Shown here: piece by piece, positions 43,470-63,651 of the stretch
Position numbering within the stretch: the first letter of the stretch is position 1
Layout of the letters: each line of letters begins with the position of its first letter
Origin: an uncultured bacterium
GTDB lineage: Bacteria; Electryoneota; RPQS01
Length of the DNA stretch: 64,000 nucleotides
NCBI GenBank assembly: GCA_963735175.1
Contig: CAVTJX010000016.1
Span: 272,909 to 336,908 of the forward strand
Direction of reading: 5' to 3'
The notes under the pieces: generated by a model
The model's input: the letters and a program-made list of their open reading frames with translations, nothing else
Database searches by the model: none
Told to the model about the DNA's origin: nothing
Program-made: the position numbers and the translations under genes

Positions 43470-44006
43470 TTACTTCGCGGTCTTGCCGGCCTTGATGCGA
43501 ACCACTTCGCCGACGTAACGGATGCCCTTGCCCTTATAGGGCTCCGGCTTCTTGACGGCGCGGATTTCAGCGGCCACCTGGCCTACCAATTCGACGTCAC
43601 AGCCGGACACGGCGATGACGTTAAGACGCGGCACTTCGATCTTGATGCCGGCGGGCGCCGCCACGAACACGCCGTGCGTGAAACCGACGCTCAGCAGTAC
43701 GCCCCGCGGCTTCGCTTCGACGCGGTAACCCACGCCGGTGACTTCCAGTTCGCGGCGGAAGCCGTCCGTCACGCCCTTCACCATGTTCGCCAGCAGCGCA
43801 CGGGTCAGCCCGTGCAGCGAGCGGTGGTGCTTGGCGTCCGTGGGACGCGTGACCGTGATCGTATTGTCTTCTCGAGTGATGGCTATGTCGGGATGGAAGC
43901 TGCGCGCCAATTGGCCCTTCGGCCCGCTGACCGTGATGAAACTGCCTTCCATCTTGACGTCGACCCCGCTGGGAACCGCGATGGGTGCTCGACCGATACG
44001 TGACAC
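43470..44006 (-). CDS. rplF: 50S ribosomal protein L6
   Basis: MSRIG, GVGYR, PEPYKGKGIRY. Confidence 0.98.
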   Translation of the reverse strand: MSRIGRAPIAVPSGVDVKMEGSFITVSGPKGQLARSFHPDIAITREDNTITVTRPTDAKHHRSLHGLTRALLANMVKGVTDGFRRELEVTGVGYRVEAKPRGVLLSVGFTHGVFVAAPAGIKIEVPRLNVIAVSGCDVELVGQVAAEIRAVKKPEPYKGKGIRYVGEVVRIKAGKTAK

Positions 44007-44059
44007 GCTTGGCTTTCCTCAAACTTACACCGCCCGCGGGCGGGAAGGATGGATTACGG

Positions 44060-44458
44060 CTACCAGATTTCGGCGATCAACTCGCCGCCCAGACCCTGCT
44101 TGCGCGCCTGGTTGCCCGTCATCACGCCGTGGGAGGTCGTGAGGATCGAGACGCCGAGGCCGTTCAGCACGCGCGGAATCTCGCGGCTGTTGACATAGCG
44201 GCGCAGACCGGGAGTGGACTTGCGGCGCATCCCGCGAATCGCGGATTCGCCCTGCGCCGTGTACTTGAGATAGACGCGCAAGTAGCCCTGCGGGCCCTCG
44301 TCCACCTGCACATAGTCGTGAATGTAATTACACTCCATCAGCACGCGCGCGAGCTCGCTCTTCATCTTCGAAAACGGGATGTCGACGCGGGGGCGGCGGG
44401 TCTTCAGGGCGTTGCGAATGCGGTTCAAAAAGTCCGCAATGGGGTCCGTGGTAGGCAT
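44060..44458 (-). CDS. rpsH: 30S ribosomal protein S8
   Basis: DPIADFLNRIRNA, STPGLRRY, NGLGVSILTTS. Confidence 0.98.
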   Translation of the reverse strand: MPTTDPIADFLNRIRNALKTRRPRVDIPFSKMKSELARVLMECNYIHDYVQVDEGPQGYLRVYLKYTAQGESAIRGMRRKSTPGLRRYVNSREIPRVLNGLGVSILTTSHGVMTGNQARKQGLGGELIAEIW

Positions 44459-44489
44459 AGGGAATAAAGATTCTTGGTTCGACCGACTC

Positions 44490-44675
44490 TTACCAACTGG
44501 CTTTCACCACACCGGGAATTTCACCGGCGAGGGCCAGCTCGCGGAAGCAAATGCGGCACAGCGCGAACTTGCGTAGGTAGGCGCGCGGCCGCCCGCAGCG
44601 CCGGCAGCGATTGTGAGTGCGGACGGAAAACTTCGGGGTTTTCTTCGCCTTCGCGATGAGGCAGGTTTTAGCCAT
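44490..44675 (-). CDS. rpsN: 30S ribosomal protein S14 (zinc-binding, type Z)
   Basis: RCRRCGRPR...LCRICFRE. Confidence 0.97.
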   Translation of the reverse strand: MAKTCLIAKAKKTPKFSVRTHNRCRRCGRPRAYLRKFALCRICFRELALAGEIPGVVKASW

Positions 44676-44707
44676 AGATTTGGAGGTTGCCGATAGTACT
44701 CAGGGGA

Positions 44708-45433
44708 TCAGACCGCGGCCGGGGCCGCCGGTTTCTGCTCTTTTTTGCGCATGGGCACACCCAACTCGCGCAGCAGCTCATAGGCCTCGACGTCGGTGCG
44801 GGCCGTCGTCACAAACGTAATATCCATGCCGCGAATCTTCTCGACACTGTCGAGGTCGATCTCGGGGAAGATGATGTGCTCTTTCAGCCCGACCGTGTAG
44901 TTGCCGCGGCCGTCGAAGCCCCGGTCCGGCAACCCGTGGAAGTCGCGGATGCGCGGCGTGGCGATCGTGATCAGCCGTTCGAGGAACTCCCACATCTGAA
45001 TGCGGCGCAGCGTCACGAACACGCCGATCGGCATGCCTTCGCGCAGCTTGAAGTTCGAGATCGACTTGCGGGCCTTGCTGATCGCCGGACGCTGTCCGGT
45101 GATTGCCGCCAGTTCGCGCTGCACGCTGTCGATGATCCGCGGGTTGGTCACGGCCTCGCCCAAGCCCATGTTGATGACGATCTTCGTCAGCCGCGGAACC
45201 TGCATCGGATTCTGGTACTCGAAGCGCTTCTTGAGCGCGGGGATTACCTTCTCGTCGTAATGCTTTTTCCAGTTCGGAACCCAGCCGGCGGGCAGCGCAG
45301 GCCGCACCCCGGCGAGGGACTGCGGTCCCTTCTGCTCTTTCGCGCCCTTCTTCTTGCCCGCACCCTGCGGCGGGGCGCCTTTCCCTGGCTTAGCGGCAGG
45401 CTTGCCGGAAGCTTTAGCCTGTTCAGCGCTTAT
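44708..45433 (-). CDS. rplE: 50S ribosomal protein L5 (start uncertain: GTG 45307 or extended to 45433)
   Basis: [36 protein letters not shown]. Confidence 0.95.
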   Translation of the reverse strand: MSAEQAKASGKPAAKPGKGAPPQGAGKKKGAKEQKGPQSLAGVRPALPAGWVPNWKKHYDEKVIPALKKRFEYQNPMQVPRLTKIVINMGLGEAVTNPRIIDSVQRELAAITGQRPAISKARKSISNFKLREGMPIGVFVTLRRIQMWEFLERLITIATPRIRDFHGLPDRGFDGRGNYTVGLKEHIIFPEIDLDSVEKIRGMDITFVTTARTDVEAYELLRELGVPMRKKEQKPAAPAAV

Positions 45434-45764
45434 CGCGGATCATCTCGTTGGATACTTTGGCGTAGCGGACACGCTGCTTCTTTTCGCCACCGGTCAGGAC
45501 GCGGTGTCCGACGCGGGTCGGCTTGCCCGACTTCGGGTCCAGCAGCATGACATTCGAAACGTGAATCGCGCCTTCGCGGGTAATGATGCCGCCCTGCGGA
45601 CGGGCCTGCGTCGGACGCTGGTGCTTCTTCGTGAAATTGACACCTTCCACGACGACGCGCAGCTTGTCGGGGTAGACCTTGAGCACTTTGCCGCGCTTGC
45701 CACGGTCGTTGCCGGCAACCACCACGACGAGGTCATTCTTGCGGATTTTCAGATGGACGGCCAT
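45423..45764 (-). CDS. rplX: 50S ribosomal protein L24
   Basis: [23 protein letters not shown]. Confidence 0.97.
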   Translation of the reverse strand: MAVHLKIRKNDLVVVVAGNDRGKRGKVLKVYPDKLRVVVEGVNFTKKHQRPTQARPQGGIITREGAIHVSNVMLLDPKSGKPTRVGHRVLTGGEKKQRVRYAKVSNEMIRDKR

Positions 45765-45822
45765 GATCGCCTGTTTCCGTGTCTGATAAAGGGGAGGATA
45801 GGGGTTCGGTGCGAGCCGGTCG

Positions 45823-46191
45823 TCAGACGACTTCGGGGGCCAGCGACACGATCTTCATGAACTGTTTTTCGCGCAACTCGCGGGCCACCGGCCCGAAGAT
45901 ACGCGTGCCGCGGGGCTCGTTTTCCTTGTCGATGAGCACGACGGCGTTCTCATCGAAGCGGATGTAGGAGCCGTCCTTGCGGCGCACTTCCTTCTTGGTG
46001 CGGACGATCACCGCGCGCGACTTCTCGCCCTTCTTCACCGCCCCGTTGGGGATGGCGCTGCGGATCGACACCATGATGATGTCACCCACCGAGGCCACGC
46101 GGCGCAGCGTTCCGCCGTAGACCCGGAAGCAGCGGACTTTCTTGGCGCCGGTGTTGTCGGCGACGTTGAGGATCGTAAATTCCTGGATCAT
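45823..46191 (-). CDS. rplN: 50S ribosomal protein L14
   Basis: [27 protein letters not shown]. Confidence 0.98.
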   Translation of the reverse strand: MIQEFTILNVADNTGAKKVRCFRVYGGTLRRVASVGDIIMVSIRSAIPNGAVKKGEKSRAVIVRTKKEVRRKDGSYIRFDENAVVLIDKENEPRGTRIFGPVARELREKQFMKIVSLAPEVV

Positions 46192-46197
46192 CTGCGG

Positions 46198-46482
46198 CTA
46201 CTTTCTTCTCTCGACGACCTGCACCAGCCGCCAGTTTTTGCGGGCGGACAGCGGACGGGTTTCCATGATGCGGACGCGATCGCCGATTTCGCACTCGTTC
46301 TGCTCGTCGTGCGCCATGAACTTGTGGGTGCGCTTCACATACTTCTGGTAGAGCGGATCCTTGACACGGCGTTCGACTTTGACGACGATGGTCTTGTTCA
46401 TCTTATTGGAGACGACCACGCCGACGCGGGTCTTGCGCAGGCCGCGGGTGGCCTCGGGAGCGCTCTGCACGGGAGTATCCAT
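46198..46482 (-). CDS. rpsQ: 30S ribosomal protein S17
   Basis: [21 protein letters not shown]. Confidence 0.97.
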   Translation of the reverse strand: MDTPVQSAPEATRGLRKTRVGVVVSNKMNKTIVVKVERRVKDPLYQKYVKRTHKFMAHDEQNECEIGDRVRIMETRPLSARKNWRLVQVVERRK

Positions 46483-46725
46483 TATTCGGTCTTTCCTTTG
46501 GGCTGGCGGAGCCCGAGTTCATGCTCGTGGATCACGGTGCGGAGGCGGGCAATGTCCCGACGGACAGTGCGCACGCGCGCGGTGTTGGGGAGCTGCCCGC
46601 TGTCGAGCTGAAAAGCCAGCGTCTTCGAGGGATTCCTGCCACTCCCGCAGGCGGTTCGACAACTCGAGGGGCGTCAGCTCCTTGAGTTCGACCATCTTCA
46701 GTGATCCGTGTGTGCCTTTGGCCAT
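46482..46725 (-). CDS. rpmC: 50S ribosomal protein L29 (frameshift near 46620)
   Basis: [10 protein letters not shown]...[22 protein letters not shown]; lies between rplP and rpsQ. Confidence 0.9.
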
Positions 46726-46740
46726 TGGTGTCAATCCCCG

Positions 46741-47160
46741 TTACGTGTGCGTGATCTCGCGTTCGACGAATTTGGTCTTGATCGGCAGTTTCTGCGCGGC
46801 GAGCATCATCGCTTCGCGGGCGGTGGTCTGATCGACGCCTTCGATCTCGAACAGAATCCGGCCGGGACGGACCACCGCGGCGTAGAAGTCGATCGGGCCC
46901 TTGCCCTTGCCCTGGCGGGTTTCCAGCGGCTTCTTGCTCACGGGTTTATCGGGGAACACGCGGCACCAGATTTTGCCGCCGCGCTTGACGTGACGCGTGA
47001 GGGCGACACGGGCCGCCTCGATCTGACGGGCGGTCATCCAGCAGTCACCCATCGCCTTCAGCCCGTACTGCCCAAAGGAGACGTCGCTGCCGGCATAGTC
47101 GGATCCTTTGCGGCGGCCGCGCTGGGATTTACGGAATTTGAGTCGTTTCGGTGTAAGCAT
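46741..47160 (-). CDS. rplP: 50S ribosomal protein L16
   Basis: [26 protein letters not shown]. Confidence 0.97.
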   Translation of the reverse strand: MLTPKRLKFRKSQRGRRKGSDYAGSDVSFGQYGLKAMGDCWMTARQIEAARVALTRHVKRGGKIWCRVFPDKPVSKKPLETRQGKGKGPIDFYAAVVRPGRILFEIEGVDQTTAREAMMLAAQKLPIKTKFVEREITHT

Positions 47161-47172
47161 GACGGGGGTATA

Positions 47173-47944
47173 TTATCTCGGTCGTTCGCGGTCACGGTCG
47201 CGATCGCGATCACGGTCCCGGTCGCCGCCGGGGCGGACGCCACGGTCGTGCTCGGGTCGCTCGCTTCGCGGTTCACGCGGGCCGCCGGCGCGAATCTGGC
47301 CCTGCGCCAGCGCGTTCTTGCCGATGACCTCGCCCTTGCAGATCCAGACCTTGACGCCGATCGTGCCATAAGCGGTCTTGGCCACGCACAGCGCGTAGTC
47401 GATATCGGCGCGCAGCGTATGCAGCGGCACGCGGCCTTCCATATAGCCTTCCTGGCGGCTCATTTCCGCGCCGCCCAGGCAGCCGGAGCAAAGCACTTTC
47501 ACGCCCTCGGCGCCCATGCGCATCGTCGTCTGCATCGCCTTCTTCATCGCGCGGCGGAAACTGACGCGGCCTTCGAGCTGCTGGGCGATCATGTCGCCGA
47601 CGAGCTTGGCTTCGAGTTCGGGACGCTTGATCTCGAAAATATTAACCTGCACGTCGCGGCTCGTCAGGTTGCGGAAGCTCAGCCTTGAGCTTGTCCACTT
47701 CCGCGCCCTTGCGGCCGATCACGATTCCCGGCCGGGCTGTGCGAATCGTCAGCGTGAGCTGCTTCGGCGTGCGTTCGATCTGGATGCCGGCCACACCGGC
47801 GCCCTTCAGACGCTGACCGAGATACTTGCGGAGGTAAAGATCTTCGTGCAGTTTGTCGGCGAAGCTGCGTTCATCGAACCACGCGCTGTTCCACGTGCGG
47901 ATGATGCCAAGGCGCATGCCGACCGGTTGAACTTTCTGACCCAC
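47173..47944 (-). CDS. rpsC: 30S ribosomal protein S3 (frameshift near 47675)
   Basis: [36 protein letters not shown]. Confidence 0.96.
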
Positions 47945-47947
47945 GGG

Positions 47948-48469
47948 CTATTCCGCTTTCTTCTTGACAGACTTCTTGGCAGGGGCTTTCGTCGCGGCCT
48001 TGGCCGGTTTCTTCGCGGCGGACTTCGTGGCCGCCTTGGCGGCCGGCTTAGCCACGGCTTTCTTCGGCGCGGCGCGCTTCACCGTCGGCTCTTCGACCGG
48101 CGCGTCACCTTCAGCCGGGGCGGGCGCTTCGAGGGCGGCGACCGCGACGGTGAGGTGGCTCATGCGCTTGCGGATCGGCGTCGCCCGGCCCATGGCCCGC
48201 GGCAGAAAGCGCTTGAAGGTCGGACCTTCGTCCACGAAAATCAGCTTGACCACGAGCTCGTCGGGATTGACATCGCGCGCGTCGTCGCGGTTGATGATGT
48301 TGGCCACCGCCGACTGAATCGCTTTCAGCGTCGGCTTGGCCCCGGAGCGGGGCGTGAATTTCAACAGGCCGATCGCCTCGTTGACGCTCTGGCCGCGCAC
48401 CAGATCGGCCACCAGCCGCATCTTGCGGGGCGTGATCCGGATATATTTTGCCACACAGCGCGATTCCAT
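47948..48469 (-). CDS. rplV: 50S ribosomal protein L22 with Lys/Ala-rich C-terminal tail
   Basis: TPRKMRLVADLVRG, VDEGP, PRAMGRA, SHLTV. Confidence 0.97.
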   Translation of the reverse strand: MESRCVAKYIRITPRKMRLVADLVRGQSVNEAIGLLKFTPRSGAKPTLKAIQSAVANIINRDDARDVNPDELVVKLIFVDEGPTFKRFLPRAMGRATPIRKRMSHLTVAVAALEAPAPAEGDAPVEEPTVKRAAPKKAVAKPAAKAATKSAAKKPAKAATKAPAKKSVKKKAE

Positions 48470-48477
48470 GAATCTTC

Positions 48478-48765
48478 CTACTTCTTGGCGGCGACTTTTT
48501 CGGCCTTCTTGGCCGTGTGGCCCTTGAAGGTCCGCGTCGGAGCGAACTCACCGAGCTTGTGCCCGACCATGTTTTCCGTAATGTAGACCGGGAGGAACTT
48601 CTTGCCGTTGTGGACGGCCAGCGTGTGTCCCACGAAGTCCGGCGAAATCATCGAGCGGCGCGACCACGTCTTGAGTACTTTCTTCTCGTGCGCGTCGTTC
48701 ATCTTGTGGATCCGCTCGTCCAGCCGGGGATCGATAAACGGGCCTTTTTTCAGCGACCTTGCCAT
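48478..48765 (-). CDS. rpsS: 30S ribosomal protein S19
   Basis: [27 protein letters not shown]. Confidence 0.98.
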   Translation of the reverse strand: MARSLKKGPFIDPRLDERIHKMNDAHEKKVLKTWSRRSMISPDFVGHTLAVHNGKKFLPVYITENMVGHKLGEFAPTRTFKGHTAKKAEKVAAKK

Positions 48766-48771
48766 AAAGCC

Positions 48772-49615
48772 TTAGCCTCGTGTCTGAACGTTGCGACGGC
48801 GGACGATGTACTTACTCGACTTCTTGCGCGGATTGCGGGTCTTGTAACCCTTGGTGGGCTTGCCCCACGGCGTACACGGATGACGGCCGCCCGAGCTGCG
48901 CCCTTCGCCACCGCCCATCGGATGGTCGACGGGATTCTTGGTGACGGCGCGATTGTGTGGGCGGCGGCCCAGCCAGCGCGTGCGGCCGGCCTTGCCCGAG
49001 GTGACCTTTTCATGATCGCCATTGCCGACCTGGCCGATGGTGGCGAGGCAGGCGGTGGGAATGCGGCGCATTTCGCCCGAAGGCAGCTTCAGCAGCGCGT
49101 AGGTGCCGTCGCTGGCCGTGTACTGGCAGCCCGTGCCCGCGCTGCGCGAAATCTGTCCGCCCTTGCCGACCTTCATCTCGACGTTGTGTACGAACGAGCC
49201 GAGGGGAATCTTCCCAAGCGGCAGCGCGTTGCCGACGCGGATCTCCGCCTCGGTGCGCGATGACATGACCTTGTCGCCGACCTGCAGGCCGTTGGGAGCC
49301 AGGATATAGCGCTTCTCGCCGTCGACATAGAACAGGAGGGCAATGTTGGCGCTGCGGTTGGGATCGTATTCCAGCCGCGCCACGCGGGCGGGAATGTCGA
49401 ACTTGTCGCGCCGGAAATCAATCACCCGGTAGCGCGCGCTTGTGGCCGCCGCCGGTGTTGATGTTGGTCGCGCGTCCACGATTGTTGCGGCCGCCGCTCT
49501 TGTTCAGCGGCTCCAGCAGGCTTTTCTCGGGACCTTCCTTCGACAGCCCGGTGCGCTCCAGCACGGTGCGGAAACGCTGCGAGGGAGTCAGAGGTCTAAA
49601 CTTTTTTACAGGCAT
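48772..49615 (-). CDS. rplB: 50S ribosomal protein L2 (frameshift near 49435)
   Basis: [30 protein letters not shown]. Confidence 0.97.
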
Positions 49616-49639
49616 GGCTTTTTATGCTCGCGGGAGTCG

Positions 49640-49930
49640 TCAGACGTTCTGGGCCAGTTCAATGTGGTCGCCCGCTTTCAGCGTGACGATCGCTTTCTTC
49701 CAGTCGGCGCGCTTGCCGGAAAAGCGGCCCATGCGCTTGATCTTGCCGCGGACGTTGAGCGTGTTCACCGTCACCACGGTGACGGAATACTTCAGCTCCA
49801 CCGCGCGCTTGATCTCGACCTTGTTCGAGGCGGGATCCACCATGAAGGCGTACTGATTGTGGGCGTCCTGAATGCCGGCGACCTTCTCGGTCAGCAGCGG
49901 CTTGCGGAGTACGAGCCTCTTATGCAGCAT
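49640..49930 (-). CDS. rplW: 50S ribosomal protein L23
   Basis: [24 protein letters not shown]. Confidence 0.96.
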   Translation of the reverse strand: MLHKRLVLRKPLLTEKVAGIQDAHNQYAFMVDPASNKVEIKRAVELKYSVTVVTVNTLNVRGKIKRMGRFSGKRADWKKAIVTLKAGDHIELAQNV

Positions 49931-50559
49931 GGTCGAGCACCTTCACGAGTTTCGAGACCGCGCTCCGCTGGAGCACGATGATCGAGCAGTCCATCAGTTC
50001 GCGGGTCGCAGGCGGCGTCCGCCTTCTGCTGACAGGCGCGCGGCATGTTGCGCACGCTGCGGGCCATCGTCAGATCGAAGTCGGGCGTCAGCAGCAGCAC
50101 CTTCTCGTTCGCCAGTCCGAGGGCGGCGAACAAGGCCCGCCATTTCGCGGGTCTTGCGGCGTGGCAAGCGTGAAATCTTCGACGATCCGCACGCGGTTTT
50201 CGCGCAGCTTGTGGATCATCGCGCTGCGGCGCGCCAGCCGCTTGATCTTGGCCGGCACCGTCACGTGATAGAGATGCGGCCTGCGGACCGAAGATCGTGC
50301 TGCCGCCGGGCATCAACGGGCTGCGGCTGGTTCCCTGACGGGCCATACCGCGGCCCTTCTGCTTGAACGGCTTGCGACCGCCGCCACGCACGAAGGAACG
50401 GGTCTTGGTGTGGGCCGTGCCCTGGCGCTGCGCGGCTTCTTCGCTGCGCACCGCCAGCCAGATGGCATGGTCGTTCGGCTCGCCGCTGAACATGGCGTCG
50501 GGCAGGTCCACGCTTTCGGTGGACTGGGAGCCGTCGCGTTTATATACGGGCAGTTGCAT
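49920..50559 (-). CDS. rplD: 50S ribosomal protein L4 (several frameshifts)
   Basis: [35 protein letters not shown]. Confidence 0.93.
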
Positions 50560-50570
50560 GGCGATTTTCA

Positions 50571-51188
50571 CTACTTCTGGACGAAGACCACGCCCTTATT
50601 GGGCCCGGGCACTGCGCCCTTTACCATTATCAGATTGGCGTCCACGTCGACGCGCACGACCTTGAGATTGCGCACCGTGACGCGGTCCGTGCCCATGCGG
50701 CCCGGCATCCGCAGCCCCTTCCACACGCGGCCGGGGAAGGTGTGCGCGCCGATGGCGCCGCCGTGGCGGAAGAACTCGTGCGTACCGTGGCTGCCGACCG
50801 GGCTCGAAAACTTGTGGCGCTTGATCACGCCGGCGAAGCCCTTGCCCTTGGACGTGCCGATGACCTGGATCAGGTCGCCCGGCGTGAACAGGTCGCACTT
50901 CAGCGTGTCGCCCACGCGCCGGCCTTCGAGGGCCATGTCGCGCATTTCCCGCTCCACACGCGGCGCGGAGAGGTTCAACTTGGCGTAATGCCCCTTCTGC
51001 GCCATGTTCACCAGCTTGTCGCGCTTCTGCTCGAAGCCGAGGCAGGTCGCGACGTAGCCGTGATGCTTGGCGGTGCGCAGATTCGTGATCTGGTTGGGCC
51101 CCAGCTCGATGACGGTGACGGGAATCACGTTCCCCTTCGCGTCAAAGACCCGGGTCATACCCACTTTTCGTCCGATGAGTCCGATCAT
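50571..51188 (-). CDS. rplC: 50S ribosomal protein L3
   Basis: [33 protein letters not shown]. Confidence 0.97.
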   Translation of the reverse strand: MIGLIGRKVGMTRVFDAKGNVIPVTVIELGPNQITNLRTAKHHGYVATCLGFEQKRDKLVNMAQKGHYAKLNLSAPRVEREMRDMALEGRRVGDTLKCDLFTPGDLIQVIGTSKGKGFAGVIKRHKFSSPVGSHGTHEFFRHGGAIGAHTFPGRVWKGLRMPGRMGTDRVTVRNLKVVRVDVDANLIMVKGAVPGPNKGVVFVQK

Positions 51189-51493
51189 GTCTTGATTTCG
51201 ATGTCGACGCCGGCGGGGAGTTCGATGCGAATCAGGGCATCGACCGTCTTGGGAGTCGAGTTGAGGATGTCAATCAGCCGCTTATGAATGCGCGTCTCAA
51301 ACTGTTCGCGGGACTTCTTGTCCACGTGCGGCGACCGGTTGACCGTCACCACCTGGCGGCGTGTGGGCAGGGGAATCGGTCCCGAGATCACGGCGCCCGT
51401 GGTCTTGGCGGTCTGAATGATCTTCTCGGTTGACTTGTCGATCAGGTTATGATCGTAGCTTTTCAACCGGATGCGGATAAAACCTTTTTTCAC
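51185..51493 (-). CDS. rpsJ: 30S ribosomal protein S10
   Basis: [30 protein letters not shown]. Confidence 0.98.
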   Translation of the reverse strand: MKKGFIRIRLKSYDHNLIDKSTEKIIQTAKTTGAVISGPIPLPTRRQVVTVNRSPHVDKKSREQFETRIHKRLIDILNSTPKTVDALIRIELPAGVDIEIKT

Positions 51494-51557
51494 CTTGGAA
51501 ACCGGATTGCACTCACGGTCTGGATCGGCAGCTCGCGCTGCCGGACCGCGCCGCTGG

Positions 51558-53685
<2,128 letters not shown>

Positions 53686-53746
53686 GTTATCTCTGCAATA
53701 CCTTTATGAAGTCAAAGAACAAAAACAATCGCTGCAAAACCGAATT

Positions 53747-54217
53747 TCACCAGCGGAAATGGGCAAACGCCTTGTTCGCTTCCGCCATCTTGTGCGTATC
53801 GTCGCGCTTCTTGATCGCCGAGCCTTCGCCCTTGGCGGCAGCCATCAATTCGCTGGCCAGTTTCTGTGCCATGGTTTTCTCGCCGCGACTCGTGGCATAG
53901 CCGATGAGCCAGCGGATGGCGAGGGCCTGGCGGCGTCCGGCGCGAACTTCCACCGGTACCTGGTAGGTCGACCCGCCCACGCGGCGGCTCTTGACCTCGA
54001 CCACCGGCGCGACGTTCTTCATCGCCTTGAGGAAGATTTCCAGCGGATCGCTCTTCGCCCGCTCTTCGATCAGGCTCATGGCGCCATACATGATATTCTC
54101 GGCCGTGGAGCGCTTGCCCTTGCGAAGCAGGCCATTGACAAAGGCCGCGACTTCGGCGGATCCGTACTTCGGATCGGAAAGCTCTTCGCGCCGGATAACT
54201 CGTTTACGTCTGGACAT
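53747..54217 (-). CDS. rpsG: 30S ribosomal protein S7
   Basis: [27 protein letters not shown]. Confidence 0.98.
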   Translation of the reverse strand: MSRRKRVIRREELSDPKYGSAEVAAFVNGLLRKGKRSTAENIMYGAMSLIEERAKSDPLEIFLKAMKNVAPVVEVKSRRVGGSTYQVPVEVRAGRRQALAIRWLIGYATSRGEKTMAQKLASELMAAAKGEGSAIKKRDDTHKMAEANKAFAHFRW

Positions 54218-54276
54218 ACAGGGATGGGGATTGGGTCAACAGCTTGGTGGCCACGTTTCGGAATTCCGAAAGGTGC

Positions 54277-54681
54277 TTACTTCTTGCCCTTGGCGCCCTT
54301 GGCAGCCGCGGCGGCCTTCTTCTTGGTGCCGTACTTCGAACGGCCCTGCTTGCGGCCATCCACGCCGGCGGCGTCGAGAATGCCACGAATGATGTGGTAG
54401 CGAACCCCCGGGAGGTCCTTCACACGACCGCCCCGGATGAGCACGATCGAGTGCTCCTGCAGGTTATGGCCTTCGCCCGGAATGTAAGCCGTGACCACCA
54501 TGCCGTTGGTCAGCTTCACGCGGGCTACCTTGCGGAGCGCCGAGTTGGGCTTCTTTGGCGTCGTGGTGTAGACACGGGTACACACTCCGCGTCGCTGCGG
54601 GCAGCGGGCCAGAGCCGGAGCAGATGTCTTGTATTTCGCGGGTTCGCGCCGGGCGCGGACTAATTGTTGAACCGTAGGCAA
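54277..54681 (-). CDS. rpsL: 30S ribosomal protein S12
   Basis: [23 protein letters not shown]; TTG start. Confidence 0.98.
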   Translation of the reverse strand: MPTVQQLVRARREPAKYKTSAPALARCPQRRGVCTRVYTTTPKKPNSALRKVARVKLTNGMVVTAYIPGEGHNLQEHSIVLIRGGRVKDLPGVRYHIIRGILDAAGVDGRKQGRSKYGTKKKAAAAAKGAKGKK

Positions 54682-54712
54682 AGAATGGGTCCCCTTTTCG
54701 GCTTAGACTTAC

Positions 54713-54742
54713 AAATTAAGTGATTCTGCCTTACTTTGTCAA
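54713..54742 (-). promoter_or_regulatory. sigma70-type promoter for the str operon
   Basis: TTGACA-N18-TAATTT about 30 nt upstream of rpsL. Confidence 0.65.
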
Positions 54743-54792
54743 GGCCATCACAAACTTGTTATGTCTGAAGTTCCAACCGGTTTCCGCCCGTC

Positions 54793-54837
54793 GCAACAGG
54801 CCAACCCGTTGTTTTCCAGCGGATTGGCCTGCTGCGC
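54793..54837 (-). other. long RNA hairpin directly after rpoC
   Basis: CGCAGCAGGCCAATCCGCTG-GAAAA-CAACGGGTTGGCCTGTTGCG with G-U pairs on the sense strand; no U tail. Confidence 0.55.
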
Positions 54838-54845
54838 AGCGAAAA

Positions 54846-59168
<4,323 letters not shown>

Positions 59169-59240
59169 TAATTGTCTCCATGAGTGGATTGCACGGACCG
59201 GGATCCGCGCCGGATCACTCCGGCGCGCCAAGATGCGTCG

Positions 59241-63031
<3,791 letters not shown>

Positions 63032-63136
63032 CGCTGATCTCCCTGATTGAGAGTGAGCGGCACTGAAGCCGCAAGACCGAAATTTGGGGCGATTCGGGGC
63101 GATTTCAGACGCCGAAAACCGTCCCGCAATAAACGC

Positions 63137-63190
63137 AAGATTGCCAAGTCGGTACCACGTAGGCCGCGGACTGACTCGGCAACCTTAATG
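63137..63190 (-). promoter_or_regulatory. structured rplL-rpoB intergenic hairpin (possible attenuator or processing site)
   Basis: AAGGTTGCCGAGTCAGT...ACCGACTTGGCAATCTT with sense-strand G-U pairs, followed by GCGTTTATT. Confidence 0.55.
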
Positions 63191-63232
63191 CTCAGCGGAA
63201 AGGGATCTGATGGACGCAGAGGGTACATCCGG

Positions 63233-63604
63233 TCACTTAATATCGACCGTGGCTCCCTGCTCTTCCAACTTCGCCTTAATCTTCTCGGCTTCGTCCTTCT
63301 GCACGCCTTCCTTCACCGGCTTCGGCGCGCCGTCCACGAGGTCCTTCGCTTCCTTCAGGCCCAGACCGGTCAACTCGCGCACGACCTTGATGACCTGGAT
63401 CTTCTTGGCGCCGAAACCGGACAGGATCACGTCGAACTCGGTCTTCTCTTCGACCGGCGCGGCCGCGGCGGCGCCCATCGCCGGCATGGCGCCCATCATC
63501 ATGGGAGCGGCGGCGGTTACGCCGAACTTCTCTTCGAGCGCCTTCTTCAGCTCGACCAGCTCCATGACCGTCATCTTCTCGATGGCTTCGATGATCTGAT
63601 TCAC
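63233..63604 (-). CDS. rplL: 50S ribosomal protein L7/L12
   Basis: [35 protein letters not shown]. Confidence 0.98.
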   Translation of the reverse strand: MNQIIEAIEKMTVMELVELKKALEEKFGVTAAAPMMMGAMPAMGAAAAAPVEEKTEFDVILSGFGAKKIQVIKVVRELTGLGLKEAKDLVDGAPKPVKEGVQKDEAEKIKAKLEEQGATVDIK

Positions 63605-63651
63605 CGTAGGCTCCGTCTATCTTTGTTTGTGTACTTAGTGATGCGGCCCGC

